Both the position numbers and the translations under genes were made by a program. From Octopus sinensis (lineage: Eukaryota): a stretch of DNA of 64,000 nt. This document shows positions 1 through 12,896 of this stretch, piece after piece; the first letter of the stretch is position 1; each line of letters begins with the position of its first letter. The notes beneath the pieces were generated by a model that saw nothing but the letters and a program-made list of their open reading frames with translations, did not search any database and was not told the DNA's origin. The DNA lies in NCBI RefSeq assembly GCF_006345805.1, contig NC_043015.1, positions 28,024,001 to 28,088,000 on the forward strand, read 5' to 3'.

Positions 1-185
1 CCTTTAGCGTTCAGATTATTCTGTCAATTATTTATTCACACTGTTTTTAATTAATCATGCATTGTCTTATAAACTTCCAGATTTTAATGAAGTAATTTTT
101 AGAGGGGCCAAATCTGGCCAGTTTGGACATAAAACAGTTAATATATTTTGGCCAGATATGGCTAGTTTAAACGCTAAAGGGTTAA
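1..185 (+). mobile_element. piggyBac-type MITE family 1 (cut by window edge)
   Basis: Starts CCTTTAGCG and ends CGCTAAAGGG-TTAA; homologous to 2565-2791 and 31019-31245. Confidence 0.75.
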
Positions 186-900
186 GGAAAAATTTAGCTG
201 CTAATCCTAATAGATCAAGCAACCATGTAGAAGCTCCTTTGTTGACCTGATGTAACCCTGACTTTTACAAGGAATCAAAAACCTTCCATAGGGGTGATAA
301 TAGATGAATGTACAGAAATGATAATAATCCTATCTATTGATAGAATTATCATCATTTCAAAATAAATCATCAAATACAATTATCATCTAATAAATCATAA
401 AACAGAATTCTTTATTATCTGACTTCTTTGTAATCAATAACAGCCCTAATATGAATTTCTTTTCTAGTTTTTCCCTCTTGAGCTTTCTCGCATACATCAA
501 AGGAAAATCAAGCGTAATCGCAAGACGTTTAGCAATATTTGAGTGTGGTTCAGTTTGAAACTCAATAAACATCACGAGAGAAACTATTGATATATCTTGT
601 GTCAGTTTGAATAGTGTAGAAATAGATTCTGTCTTTATTCTTGGCTTGCTTTGAACATGTGAAATAAACTTTCTTAAAATTTGGAAAACAATTACTTTTC
701 TGAAAAGGGAATTTTTGTTTTGTATTTTGTTCCAGCTAGAATATTAATGGAATTATTCAATACAAAACTATTTACCATAGTAAGTAGCTGATTCTTTTTT
801 TTTTTTTCTTTACACATTCTCAAATACCACTACAATATTCTAGATTGAATCGTACCTTACTTTTAAATATATTTCATTCTAATCTTCTCCTTATTAAGAA

Positions 901-1202
901 CACAATTGCAGTGAGGAAGGTGTTTATAAGCCATTTAAGAAACACACAAAACCGTTAGATTCACTTCAACATTTAAATTTAATTTGTCAAAATATTTTCG
1001 TCGCTTTGAGACCGCGACCTGTTCACCGCAGTCTCAAAGCATCGAAAATATTTCGACAAATTAAATTTAAATGTTGAAGTGAATCTAACGGTTTTTGTGT
1101 GTTTCTTAAATGGCTTATAAGCACCTTCCACGCTGCAATTGTTTTCGTTCCAGCACACGATCTCAGATCAAGTCACTTGCTATGCAAGTACATCTCCGTA
1201 AT
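901..1202. mobile_element. HH-C repeat insertion with fold-back palindrome (904-1140)
   Basis: 13-bp TSD TCCTTATTAAGAA (888-900, 1203-1215); ~115-bp arms; homologous to 37797-37990. Confidence 0.8.
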
Positions 1203-1580
1203 TCCTTATTAAGAAGTTCTTTCATTATAACTCCATTTGTTATTTGCATGCTCTCCTGCTCCATAACTTAGATCAATGTAGTGGCAATATGCATTGGCCG
1301 CTCGCTTGTCGTTACTGAGCTGCTAGCAATTAAACAAAGAAAAGATCACAGCAGTTCAAAGATTACAACTGACCATAACAAATGCAGCAGATTTCCTCCT
1401 TGTCTGAAAACATTCAGTATTCAGATTTTACTGTTTCTGACTATCTGCTATAATCAATAACTATTTCACAAAGCTTAGAAGTTTTCTGTATGCCAGTTAA
1501 AAGTTTTATGATTTCAAAGGAGTCAGCGATATATCTTTACAAAGCAACTGTAGTGTATAGTGAATGGAGAAGGACATAGT

Positions 1581-1916
1581 ATTAGAGCAGCCAACTGGCT
1601 TCCGTACCCGTGGCATGTAAAAGGGCACCATTCGAGCGTGATCGTTACCAATGTTGCTTCACTGGCACGTGTAAAAAGATTCGAGCGAGGTCATTGCCAG
1701 TACCGCCTGACTGGCCCCCATGCCGGTGGCATGTAAAAAGCACCCACTACACTCTTGAAGTGGTTGGCGTTAGGAAGGGCATCCAGCTGTAGAAACTCTG
1801 TCAGATCAAGACTGGAGCCTGGTGCAGCCATCTGGTTTGCCAGCCCTCAGTCAAAATCGTCCAAACCATGCTAGCATGGAAAGCGGACGTTAAACGATGA
1901 TAATGATGATGATGAT
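1581..1916 (+). mobile_element. SINE family B (GGAAGGGCATCCAGCTGTAG core, (GAT)n tail)
   Basis: Ends CATGCTAGCATGGAAAGCGGACGTTAAACGATGATGAT; many copies. Confidence 0.85.
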
Positions 1917-2564
1917 ACAATATGATTTAGATGAAGAAACGGTAAAATGTACTAGAGTATAAAAAAAATCCAACCAGTTGCTATTTTTTTCTCATGACCT
2001 ATATAGTAATTGTGTGTGATCTTTTCTCAAACTGATAGTGATTAGTTGGGTTTGTTTATTTTCTTCTTTGCAGCCCTTTCACTTACTTCTCTTCAACTCA
2101 GTTCAAGCAAGTTTGTTCCAGGTTCGTCTAGGTCGGAATTCACTTATGTTAATGCCTTTGTTTGATTCTTACCAGTTATTCATAAATAAACCTGATCATA
2201 TAAATATTTACCTGTACATGAGAAGAAACTTAACCTTGTAATGGTGTTAAAATCCAAGTTCAACTAAGAAAAAAAAAAAAATTCCCTCACATGAAACTAA
2301 TTTTATTGCTTAATTTATTAATTTATATACTGTATAGCTATTATCATTAACAAATTGTCCACTAACTCAGTGCTTTCAAAGACGAGTCGAATTAAATATC
2401 CCTTACTTGGAAAATTGGTAAGCGTTAACAAAAGGAAAGGCATTAGCTATAAAACAATACCACAATAATCTGTTTGTCTAACCCATGCTAGCATGGAATA
2501 ACAGACGTAAAATGAACAAAGGAAATATTGTCAGGTGCTTATTGTGAAGTTAGCACTAAATTAC

Positions 2565-2791
2565 TTAACCCTTTAGTGTTCTGATTATTCTATCAAACAT
2601 AATGCTTATTGATTCACATTGATTTGAGTTAATCATGCATTATCTCATATCTTCAAGATCTTGATGGTGTAATTACTTGATGTAGAATAACATTGTAGGG
2701 TAGGTGTGAGAGCCTGGATCTGGTCAGTTTGAACATAAAACAGATTAAATATTTTGGCCGGATATGGCCGGTTTAAATACTAAAGGGTTAA
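2565..2791 (+). mobile_element. piggyBac-type MITE family 1
   Basis: TTAA-CCCTTTAG...CTAAAGGG-TTAA termini. Confidence 0.85.
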
Positions 2792-3384
2792 AGCTGTTTA
2801 TACATAGAAAAGAGAGCATGCAAGGTTTGCGGTACTGGAGTTGGTATCTTAAACAGCAACTAGAATTATGAACCTCCACCTGCTACCTCTATGTTCACAA
2901 CCACCCCTACTCTCTCTCTCTCTTTTTGGTTTTTAATCAAAAATTTCTTCACAGCAAGAATGTCTACATGTTACAAAATTCACTAATTCATATGCTATGT
3001 GCTGATATTGGCAATTTTCTCTATACTACCTTTTCATATATTACAGGTTTTAATCCATATTATCTAAGTTTCACTCCCATACAATATATATCTATTGATA
3101 TCATGACTAATCCAAGTTTAGTCGACCTCAACAATACGGAATAAACTTATAAATATTCTTATCTATAAAGTCGACTATTTTTAATTCAAAGTTTATCAAA
3201 TAAAACACGCAACTTAACAAGCGAGGTATTATGAGTAATTCTTCATAACTGAATCAACATATTAGAAAATCAAGCCATTTAAGATATACTTATAACCTCT
3301 CCAAAAGTTCTCACTTTTGCTAGAAATAAATTTCCAGAAAAGGAAAATATGAATTATGATTAATCAAGTGAAAATAAAATAATT

Positions 3385-3595
3385 TTAACCCTTTAGAATT
3401 CGGATTACTCTGCCAAAATGTAATATTTATTTATTCACAATGCATTATTTTGTAGCTACAAGATTTCAATGATGGGTTTATTTTTAGAATGACATTGTAG
3501 GGTAGAAGTGAGGGGTGGTATCTAACTGATTTGAACATAAAACAGGTAGTATATTTGGGTCAGATATGACCTGTTTTAGTGCTACAGGGCTAAAG
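3385..3595 (+). mobile_element. piggyBac-type MITE family 1, degenerate
   Basis: Left TTAACCCTTTAG intact, body homologous, right end eroded. Confidence 0.6.
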
Positions 3596-3756
3596 GACAC
3601 ACATATCAATAACCTATCACATTCACAGATCATATCTAACTAGTGAGATTTTGGCTGTGGGATATTGTGTAGTGCTACTAAATTTTTTATCTTTTAAGAG
3701 ATGCTTCTGATGTTGTTAGATGTCAGAATTTGAGATACATGTTCAGTGCAGATATA

Positions 3757-3820
<64 letters not shown>

Positions 3821-4620
3821 AAAGTAAGATAGGGGTTATGAGGGTAACCCACTATGGGATATCAGTTATCCAATATATTGCTGGTGAAGCACCCAAATGC
3901 CAAATACATAAATGCTTATAATTGCAATGCAATTAATTCATTTATTGTATCGGATTGGCGAAGGTAAACAAGGACAGAAAAATGGATTAAGTCGATTACA
4001 TCGACCCCAGTGCGAAACTGGTACTTAATTTATTGATCCCGAAAGGATGAAAGGCAAAGTCGACCTCGGCAGAATTTGAACTCAGAACGCAATGGCAGAC
4101 GAAATATTCTGAGTTCAAGTTCAAACTCCGCCGAATGGCATGAATTTATATAATTCAGATGGATTATGATGCTTGTTTCTCCATCATACTTCAGCCTCTC
4201 AACACCTGGCACAAAGAGTGATGAGATAAATTCTTGTGATACTTGCAAGTTGTTGATTTGAGATCATATTAAAAGCTATACAGTTTTGGCATCTTGGCAA
4301 GTAGCTGGTAAGCTGTTATTAGCTATTGTCTATGAATGTGAGTGTAATTTGTTTTTAATAAGTGAATGAGGAAAGAATAGATCACTGGCTTTAACAAGGC
4401 CAGTAATAATCACTGTGATGGGTGAAAGATTTCATTTCCTTATTGAAGGCTTTTGTTAAGGCCTTTTAATAAGTGTGCAATAAAGTATGAGAAAAAGGGA
4501 TAGTGTGTTCAGTGGTTGGAAATTTTGTATAAGGCTTAGTTACATCAAGAATGAATTGAGTATTTTTAGGGAGAAATAAAATTATAAGGCTGTGTCTGGT
4601 TTCTAATAACATTGTTAAAT

Positions 4621-5019
4621 TCCCTTTATGGGACTGCCACATTAAGTTGACAGTATACAACCACTCTCTCGCTCCACCACCGCTCATGTCTCTTTGAGAT
4701 ATTTAGAAATTCAATATTTCTAATTATGGTGACCAGTGAATAGATTTCACTGTAAATATATATATTTGCGAAGGCTTGGCAAGTATCTCAGCTAGCAGGA
4801 CTTGCTACCCTGGACTGATGACGGGCAAGACCCAGAAACATGCATGTCTTCAGGTGCTAATCCTAGCTGGTGGAGGTGCTTGCCTCCCCTTCGCAAATAT
4901 AAGGACACAGGAAATGTGTCAAGGCCGACAGGAAGCATCGAAGCTTCCTAGGGCTAAACAGCGGTGGTGTAATTCCTTTACGGGACTGTCATGTTAAGTT
5001 GGCAGTATACAACCACTCT
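4621..5019 (+). mobile_element. Non-coding HHR-bearing retroelement (Penelope pLTR / retrozyme-like) with ~45-bp terminal direct repeat
   Basis: Flanked by a 10-bp TSD ATTGTTAAAT (4611-4620, 5020-5029). Terminal sequence cctttaYgggactg..ttaagttgRcagtatacaaccactct is present at both ends. Homologous copy at 37203-37476. Confidence 0.7.
4809..4854 (+). ncRNA. Minimal type I hammerhead ribozyme, canonical core (family HH-A)
   Basis: cctgga-CTGATGA-c ggg caaga ccc a-GAAA-catgcatg-TC-ttcagg: 6-bp stem I, CUGAUGA, stem II, GAAA, palindromic stem III (ACATGCATGT), GUC triplet. Confidence 0.85.
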
Positions 5020-5305
5020 ATTGTTAAATGTACATATAGAAAAAGAAGTACTGTTTCATATGTACTATCATGCACATACACACAAAATCCACCACAGCTA
5101 CCTCTCACACAAACACACCCTTTCCAAGCAATTCCTAATGATTAATCAGTCAAGTACAGACATATCCAAACTAATTAACAGATATTTAGGAAAGGATAGC
5201 TTCTACGAGGAAGGGTGTCCAGCTGTAAAAACATTGATATTAACAAAAAAAAACCAGAAACATCTAATCTATGCCAGCAAGGAAATTAAAATCTTCAATA
5301 TATAT

Positions 5306-5738
5306 AGGTGCAGGAGTGGTTGTGTGGTAAGTAGCTTGCTAACCAACCACATGGTTCCGGGTTCAGTCCCACTGCGTGGCACCTTGGGCAAGTGTCTTCT
5401 ACTATAGCCTCGGGCCGACCAAAGCCTTGTAAGTGGATTTGGTAAACGTATATATAAACTGAAAGAAGCCCGTCGTATATATGTATATATATATATGTGT
5501 GTGTGTGTATGTGCGTGTATGTCTGTGTCTGTGTTTGTCCTCCTAGCATTGCTTGACAACCGATGCTGGTGTGTTTATGTCCCCGTCACTTAGCGGTTCG
5601 GCAAAAGAGACCGATAGAATAAGTACTGGGCTTACAAAAACAGAATAAGTCCCGGGGTCGATTTGCTCGATTAAAGGTGGTGCTCCAGCATGGCCCCAGT
5701 CAAATGACTGAAACAAGTCAAAAAGGGTAAAAGAGTAT
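5306..5738 (+). mobile_element. SINE family A (tRNA-like head, central (TA)(TG)n, GTAAAAGA tail)
   Basis: A-box-like TGGTTGTGTGG, B-box-like GGTTCAGTCCC, CCTTGGGCAAGT core; many copies in the window. Confidence 0.9.
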
Positions 5739-6142
5739 ATCTCTTTTCTGTTTTTTCCCCCCACATACATCACTATCTCAGTAATAATGCTGCTGTTAAG
5801 AGGGATGATAATGGGGATGATTATCAATTCTAGAGTATAATTGTGTAGTTCATATCTTCAAGCATAAAAAACAATGTAAATTCTGGGCTAAAATCTTACC
5901 AGAATTAGTTTTCTTCTTTTTTTTCCCCAAAGTTTCTTATACTACTTATCTTAACCTATTGAAAATAAGGAGTATCTCATTTAGGTAGGACATCAAAAAA
6001 CCATAAAAAAAGCAATAATTCTTAGGACTCACGCAAACTAGCCAATACAAGATTTCTTTTTAAAACAATTTGTCCAACCAACAAAAACAACAACCAAGTT
6101 CTCCACGATTGATTTTATTTGTTGACGAGTAATAACACATTT

Positions 6143-6174
6143 CATATATACATACATATATACACATACATACA

Positions 6175-6222
<48 letters not shown>

Positions 6223-6789
6223 TATATCTATATATATATACATATATATATATACACATATACATACATATATATATATAGATATACATATATATATACA
6301 CATATACATACATATATATATATAGATATACATATATATATACACATATACATACATATATATATATAGATATACATATATATATACACATATACATACA
6401 TATATATATATATATAGATATACATATATATACATATATATACGTATATATATACACATATATACATATACACACATATATACATACACACACATATATA
6501 CATACACACACATACATACATACACACACATATATACATACACACACATACATACATATACACACATATATACATACACACACATATATACATACACACA
6601 CATATATACATACACACACACATATATACATACACACACATACATACACACACATATATACACACACATATATACATACACACATACATACACACACATA
6701 TATACATACACACACATACACACACATACATACTCACACACACACACACATACATACTCACACACACACAACACACACACACATACATA

Positions 6790-6845
<56 letters not shown>

Positions 6846-6875
6846 TGCACGTATATACGTATGTATGTAAAGTAT
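6143..6875. repeat. Compound (TA)/(CA)/(CATA) microsatellite
   Basis: Direct reading. Confidence 0.95.
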
Positions 6876-7616
6876 ATGAAATATAGTTGACATAGTTCCA
6901 GTTTATCAATAATGATTATTGACTACTGAGATAAAAGGCAAGAGAGCAGTGTTCAAATTCAGAACTACCAACCACTGAATTTCATTCCTTATAATAGCAA
7001 GTCTAGTTCTGCAACAATTCCATTACCTTGTGTGATAGATAATAAACCAGTCATTTGAATATATATATAAAAAAAAAAAAAAAAACTAAGTCACGTGTTG
7101 AGTTATGTTGGTTAGTTACTCTCTGTCACAATGGGAGAAGAAAGCTGTTGTTATGGTGAGAGACATGAAAGAGCAAAAAGGAAAGTGCCGTGAAGAGAGG
7201 CAAATTATATAGATTGCAGAGAGAGAGAGAAAGTGAAAGTAGCTTGTAAGAGAGATAATCATGAATGAATTGTTAAATATAGTGAGAGATAGAAAAAAAT
7301 AGTGAGAGGGAAAGAGATAGCATTAATATAAGAGGGATGGAAGAAGAATGAAGCTCTACTATAGAGAGAGGGATTAGAAAAATGGTGTGATGAAATAAAG
7401 AGGCATAGAGTGTATGAGAGAGGGAGGGAGGGAGAGAAAGAGAGACAGGTGTAATGTGATAAAGAGGTATTGAAATGTTGGAAAATGAAGAGAAAATGTG
7501 GAGACAGAATTTGATTGGGAGAATATAAGGCAGTGAGGAAAAGAACAAGGGGACACAGAAGGGACATGTTTTAATAAATGTTGTATTAATTTAATAGCTT
7601 AATAGAGAGGAAGGAG

Positions 7617-7653
7617 TTTTGACGTTTTGGACATGTAGTCTTTCATCAGAAAA
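7617..7653 (-). ncRNA. Decayed hammerhead remnant (HH-E-like)
   Basis: Minus strand: tttt-CTGATGA-aagac tacat gtcc-AAAA-cg-TC-aaaa (G12A, stem II mismatch). Confidence 0.4.
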
Positions 7654-8281
7654 AAAAATAAAAGAATGAGAAAAGGCAGTAGGAAAAAATAAAAAAATGG
7701 CAAAAGATGGTTTTGGGGAAAAAATGGAGAAAGAATTCAAGGGCCAGGTGAGAATGCAGTTCTTTGGGGCTGGGTAGACGTAGAGAGAGAGAGAAAATAG
7801 TGAAGTGTGAGAATGAGTTAGGGTGAATAATGGAGAAGAGTGGATAGACTTAAAAATACAAACTGAAGAAAACAAAATGAAACACAAGACAATGAGTTAG
7901 GCTTGAAGCAAAAGTATTTAAGAATTCCAGGCAAGTGGCAGATATAAATCCCTTCATTTACAACAGGTACTACACTAGCAGGTTTATAATTCAGGATGAA
8001 TATGACCAAAGTCAACTCGACCTTTCAGTTGTTCATATCATTAGAATTATTGAGGCAAGTTGTCAAAATCAAGGCCATACGTAGTGCATTAAATTTATGG
8101 TTACTACTCCCAATTGTACCTGATCAAGGTGGAGGGTGGTGTTGAGTACCAAGAACTGCTGGAAACAATCTGCTTGAGTAGAGAGTGAAAAACCAAATGT
8201 CAGAAAGGATGAAGGTCAAGGCATAACTTCACAGGACCCGTAACACTGTACGTTGTTTTAGGCATTAGCTCTTATATGAAT

Positions 8282-8691
8282 TACTCTTTACTCTTTTACT
8301 TGTTTCAGTCATTTGACTGCGGCCATGCTGGAGCACCACCTTTAATCGAGCAAATCGACCCCAGGACTTATTCTTTTTGTAAGCCCAGTACTTATTCTAT
8401 TGGTCTCTTTTGCCGAACCACTAAGTGACGGGGACGTAAATACACCAGCATCGGTTGTCAAGCAATGCTAGGGGGACAAACACAGACACAAACAGACACA
8501 CACACATATATATATATATATATGCATATATACGACGGGCTTCTTTCAGTTTCCGTCTACCAAATCCATTCACAAGGCTTTGGTCGGCCCGAGGCTATAG
8601 TAGAAGACACTTGCCCAAGGTGCCACGCAGTGGGACTGAACCCGGAACCATGTGGTTGGTAAGCAAGCTACTTACCACACAGCCACTCCTG
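8282..8691 (-). mobile_element. SINE family A
   Basis: Full-length reverse-complement copy. Confidence 0.9.
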
Positions 8692-9683
8692 TAAATGAAT
8701 TGAAATGAAAGTATGTGTATAAATAGAAATCAAATTTTAGAGTACTGTCTACTTCATCTGATCATTCACACGTGATAGATATAGATAGATATATATATAC
8801 ACATACACTTATATATGGGGAGAGAGAAAAAGAAAGAGTCCTATGAAGATGGAAACTGAGAAAAAAAAAAAAATAATCAGATTTATTTCTTTGTTTTAAT
8901 TTGTCGAAATTTGAACTTTTAGAGAGTGATAAGAAAATAGTTAATTTTAGATAAATAGAATTTTTAAGAGTAAATTTATTTTTGTAGCTACTAAATATAT
9001 CTAAATTATTTTTCTCTTACATTTAACAAATATGCCATCTGAACTTCACAATGCAAAACTTTGCAAAGGCAAAACTGTGTGGTGCTCCACTGGTAGTGGC
9101 ACTGTGCCGTTGATGTGGAGAGACAAGAAATATAGTTGACATAATTCCAGTTTACCGATAATGAAACGTAAGAGCAGTGTTCAAATTCAGAGCATTCTGT
9201 TGGCATGTCTACCACTGGCCAATGATATAGGTCTGGAAATCCAATAATGAAACCAACTTGTGATATTGTCGTACAATCACAGGATGGCTGTTGTTGATTG
9301 TTCTGGTCACCTGGTGTCAACACACAAATCAGTGTGCAAATTTGTGAAATGATATTAAAAAAAAAAAACTTTTCTTATATATGGTGGACATGACACTAAT
9401 AAATTTATTTTTTGATATGACAAATACTTGGCAGCGTGGGAGTTGGACTAACATCCTGTGAAATGCTTGTGAAAGAAATAATAGAAGTCTCAGATTTTCC
9501 ACCATAGCAATAGTGGGAGCATCCACACACCAGTCCTTCCCCGCATCAAATCAAAGGATGAGGACATTTTTCCCACTTCAGTTCCACTAACCAAAAAAAA
9601 AGGAACACATCAAAATGATGCACTGTGTGTGCAGTGCACAGCCACTGCAAGGAGACAAGTATGCACAGACTATCATGTTCCAT

Positions 9684-10092
9684 TACTCTTTACTCTTTTA
9701 CTTGTTTCAGTCATTTGACTGCGGCCATGCTTGAGCACCACCTTTAGTCGAGCAACTCGACCCCGGGACTTATTCTTTGTAAGCCCAGTACTTATTCTAT
9801 CGGTCTCTTTTTGCCGAACCGCTAAGTAACAGGGACGTAAACACAACAGCATCAGTTGTCAAGCAATGCTAGGGGGACAAACACAGATGCACAAACATAC
9901 ACGCACACACATATATATACATAAATACGACGGGCTTCTTTCAGTTTCCGTCTACCAAATCTACTCACAAAGCTTTGGTTGGCCCGAGGCTATAGTAGAA
10001 GACACTTGCCCAAGGTGCCACGCAGCAGGACTGAACCCGGAACCATGTGGTTGGTAAGCAAGCTACTTACCACGCAGCCACTCCTGCGCCTA
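9684..10092 (-). mobile_element. SINE family A
   Basis: Full-length copy. Confidence 0.9.
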
Positions 10093-10458
10093 TATATGTA
10101 TTACACTCTGTTTTCAGATTTACCACATCAAAGTTAATTTTTGATGTTTTGTTAAGCTAATGTATGCTTTTTGTCTGACTTGCTCTGTCTAGTGATCATA
10201 TTCCCACAGAAACACTGTAGGAGCATTTGGCCCAGTGATAGCAGTTTTCATGAATAGGCAGTGCTTGCTTTCAAGTGGTCGGTGTAAATATACAGTGAAC
10301 CGTTGTCATGTGCTGAGTGCTAACCTCAGTCAGGACAATTACTATTGGTGTGGCCTGGTTGCCTGATAAACAACAATTGTCACAGGGTTAATTATTAGTC
10401 AATAAAAAAAATAATAATAATAGCATACTTTAGAAAAGTTATATTACAATGATATTAC

Positions 10459-10579
10459 TCAGAAAGTAGTTCGGGTTTTTAGTCATCATTGTGGACAATT
10501 GTAAACAAATGTCTTGTCTTTCCCTTAGGACAGAAAAAGGAGGACTGGCCTTCAGAAGCCATGCATTCACCTTTGCTAT
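10459..10579 (-). CDS. Candidate internal exon of an unidentified gene (IAKVNAWLLKASPPFSVLRERQDICLQLSTMMTKNPNYFL)
   Basis: Pyrimidine-rich acceptor CTCTTTGTAG, open frame and GT donor; phase-compatible with a 38-nt exon at 10362-10325 across a 96-nt intron. No recognisable homology. Confidence 0.25.
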
Positions 10580-11061
10580 CTACAAAGAGATATATAGCTA
10601 CATGTATCTGCTACATGTAATGGCTTCACTAAATTGGTTAATCTAATTTACCAAAATAGGAACTTCACTGGCTATTGTATAAAGCCGTGTTTCAATATAC
10701 ACTTCAAAGTACTGAACACATGGTTTAGTGTGTCTAAAAATAAATAATTGACAATGTACACAGCAAAAGTACCAGTTATTTAATTCGGTCTCATTAATGT
10801 AGTTAAGTGATGATATTTAGTCGCTGTAAATAGCTATAAGTAAACATCTCTCTTCATGGGCAAACAAAGGTGCATGGTCTCTAAAAAGATCCTAAGATTG
10901 AAACCAGGCCACAGGGATCATTCTTTTTTCTGTCCAGAGATAGATAAAAATGATATTTCTGTATTTGCATAGTCAATAACACATCACAGAGATAGTCAAA
11001 GACTTGCATTGCTTATAAATGCCTACTCATATGTATACAATTAGAAGTGAAAAAATATAGT

Positions 11062-11398
11062 AAAGACTCCCTTCAGTCATGAATGACCATGGGATTGCAC
11101 CTAGAAAGTTACCCTCCGAGGAACAAGTCTGGGCAGGGTTGTTTATGGAAGACCAGTAGTCACCTGTACATACCAGTCTCCCTTCTCCATACCACCGATG
11201 TTGTCCAAAGGAAAGGTAAAGGCTGACACAGCTTGGTACCAGTGACGTTGCAACTCATTTCTACAGCTGAGTGAACTGGAGCAATGTGAAATAGAGTGTC
11301 TTGCTCAAGAACACCAACACACAACCCAGTCCAGGAATTGAACTCACAACCTCACAATTCTAAGCCTGACACTCTAATCACTGAGCCGTGTGCCTTTA
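11062..11398 (-). mobile_element. SINE family C (tRNA-like head GGCGCATGGCTTAGTGGTTAG)
   Basis: A/B boxes and TTGAGCAAGACAC core; copies also at 32510-32850, 38292-38601, 45830-46025, 55120-55615, 58112-58250 and 58778-59164. Confidence 0.8.
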
Positions 11399-11654
11399 GA
11401 AGTACAGAACACATATTTAGAACATCAGTAATCACACTGGAATTGTTTAGAATGGATTATCTAAAGAAAGTAAATTAAGCTAAATATAGATTAAAATAAC
11501 TAAAAATAAAAAGTAGATATATGACTATCAAAATAGAAGACTGGAAACAGAAATTAAACTTTGCTTTCATTAGACTATTTATATATAAAAAAAGGACAGC
11601 CACCCTGATTAGTAATTAATTCTCTAATCTGAAATGTCAATAATATCTATATAT

Positions 11655-12025
11655 ATCATCATCATCATTTAATGTCTGTTATCCTTGCTGGCATGGGTTA
11701 GATGGTTTGGTCAGGGCTGGTAAGCTGGAAGGCTGCGCCAGACTCCAGTCTGATTTGGCATGGTTTTTATGGCTGGATGCCCTTCCTAATGCCAACCACT
11801 CAGGGTGTAAATGGGTGGTTTTACATGCCACCAGTATCTGTCACAACTGCGATTTTACTTGGCTTGATGGGTCTTCTGAAGTATGACATAATGTCAAAGG
11901 TCTTGGTCATTGTCTCCATGAGGTCCAACACTCGAAAGGGATTTTTCATGTGCCACCGGCATCAGCCACTTTTGCCTCCAAGAGGCCCAACATTTGAAAG
12001 GTGCTTTTTGCGTGCCATCGGCATG
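11655..12025 (-). mobile_element. SINE family B (diverged)
   Basis: Homology to family B. Confidence 0.75.
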
Positions 12026-12027
12026 TA

Positions 12028-12076
<49 letters not shown>

Positions 12077-12080
<4 letters not shown>

Positions 12081-12297
12081 TCCAAACAAGAAAGCACAAA
12101 AAAACACAACGTGAGGACGTGGAACAAATATAGTATTATTGGACGCTCAGGAAAGAAGGAAAGAAGGAGGGTTTAACGTTTCGAGCGGAGCTCTTCGTCG
12201 GAAACATAGGAGAAGGAAAGATCCAGAGAAGGGAAGACAGAGGAAAAAAAAAAAAAATCGCCAACGGTACACATGCGTTCACATTTTGAAATTTTGT
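12077..12297 (-). mobile_element. HH-E repeat with hammerhead-like motif at 12171-12205
   Basis: Minus strand: gttt-CCGACGA-a-gagc tcc gctc-GAAA-cg-TT-aaac; follows a long (TA)n; near-identical copy at ~42078-42265. Confidence 0.7.
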
Positions 12298-12896
12298 ATA
12301 TATACACACACACACACACACATACATATTCAAATTGCTAAACTGTAATGAAACGGTAACGCTATGGATACATTTTAGTATGTAACATTTTTTCGCATTA
12401 CTCATATTTTATTTAGTAAGTTAGCCAATGGGTGAGAGGGAGAAGCAGGGAAGGCAATTCTCATAACTTTTGTCCCCACCTATCTACCCACTCCTCAATA
12501 CTGGTGAGATTGTTGTGGCAGTTGCCCTGGCCCCAATGTTTGCAGATCAATGTTCTCCAAGAATAACATTGGAGGAGAAGAATGATAGTCCAAATGCTTA
12601 ACTTCACTAAAGGCATCGAAGGACAACATGGAGGGTGATGGTTATGTTAAACAAGGTTGCATGTTAGGTTTACCAACCGTAACCATGCCAAAAAAATGCC
12701 ACTAATTATATTGTAGTTTACACATAAAGCTGACAGGTACTAATTATAAATAATAAAATGGTATTTAAATAACTTTCTTGTATCCATCCCATCTATCTCT
12801 GGACCAGTTTGATGGACAGTTTAAGAACATCTTGGACACAATTTCATAAGTTACAAGTAAACTGGATAAAATAATGTTTATTAATAGAGAAATACA

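Noticed and set aside
1365-1405. Possible terminal exon KEEICCICYGQL* after TTTTCAG (minus strand)
   Set aside because: Only about 13 codons, no family match, and not the Rab6 C-terminus.
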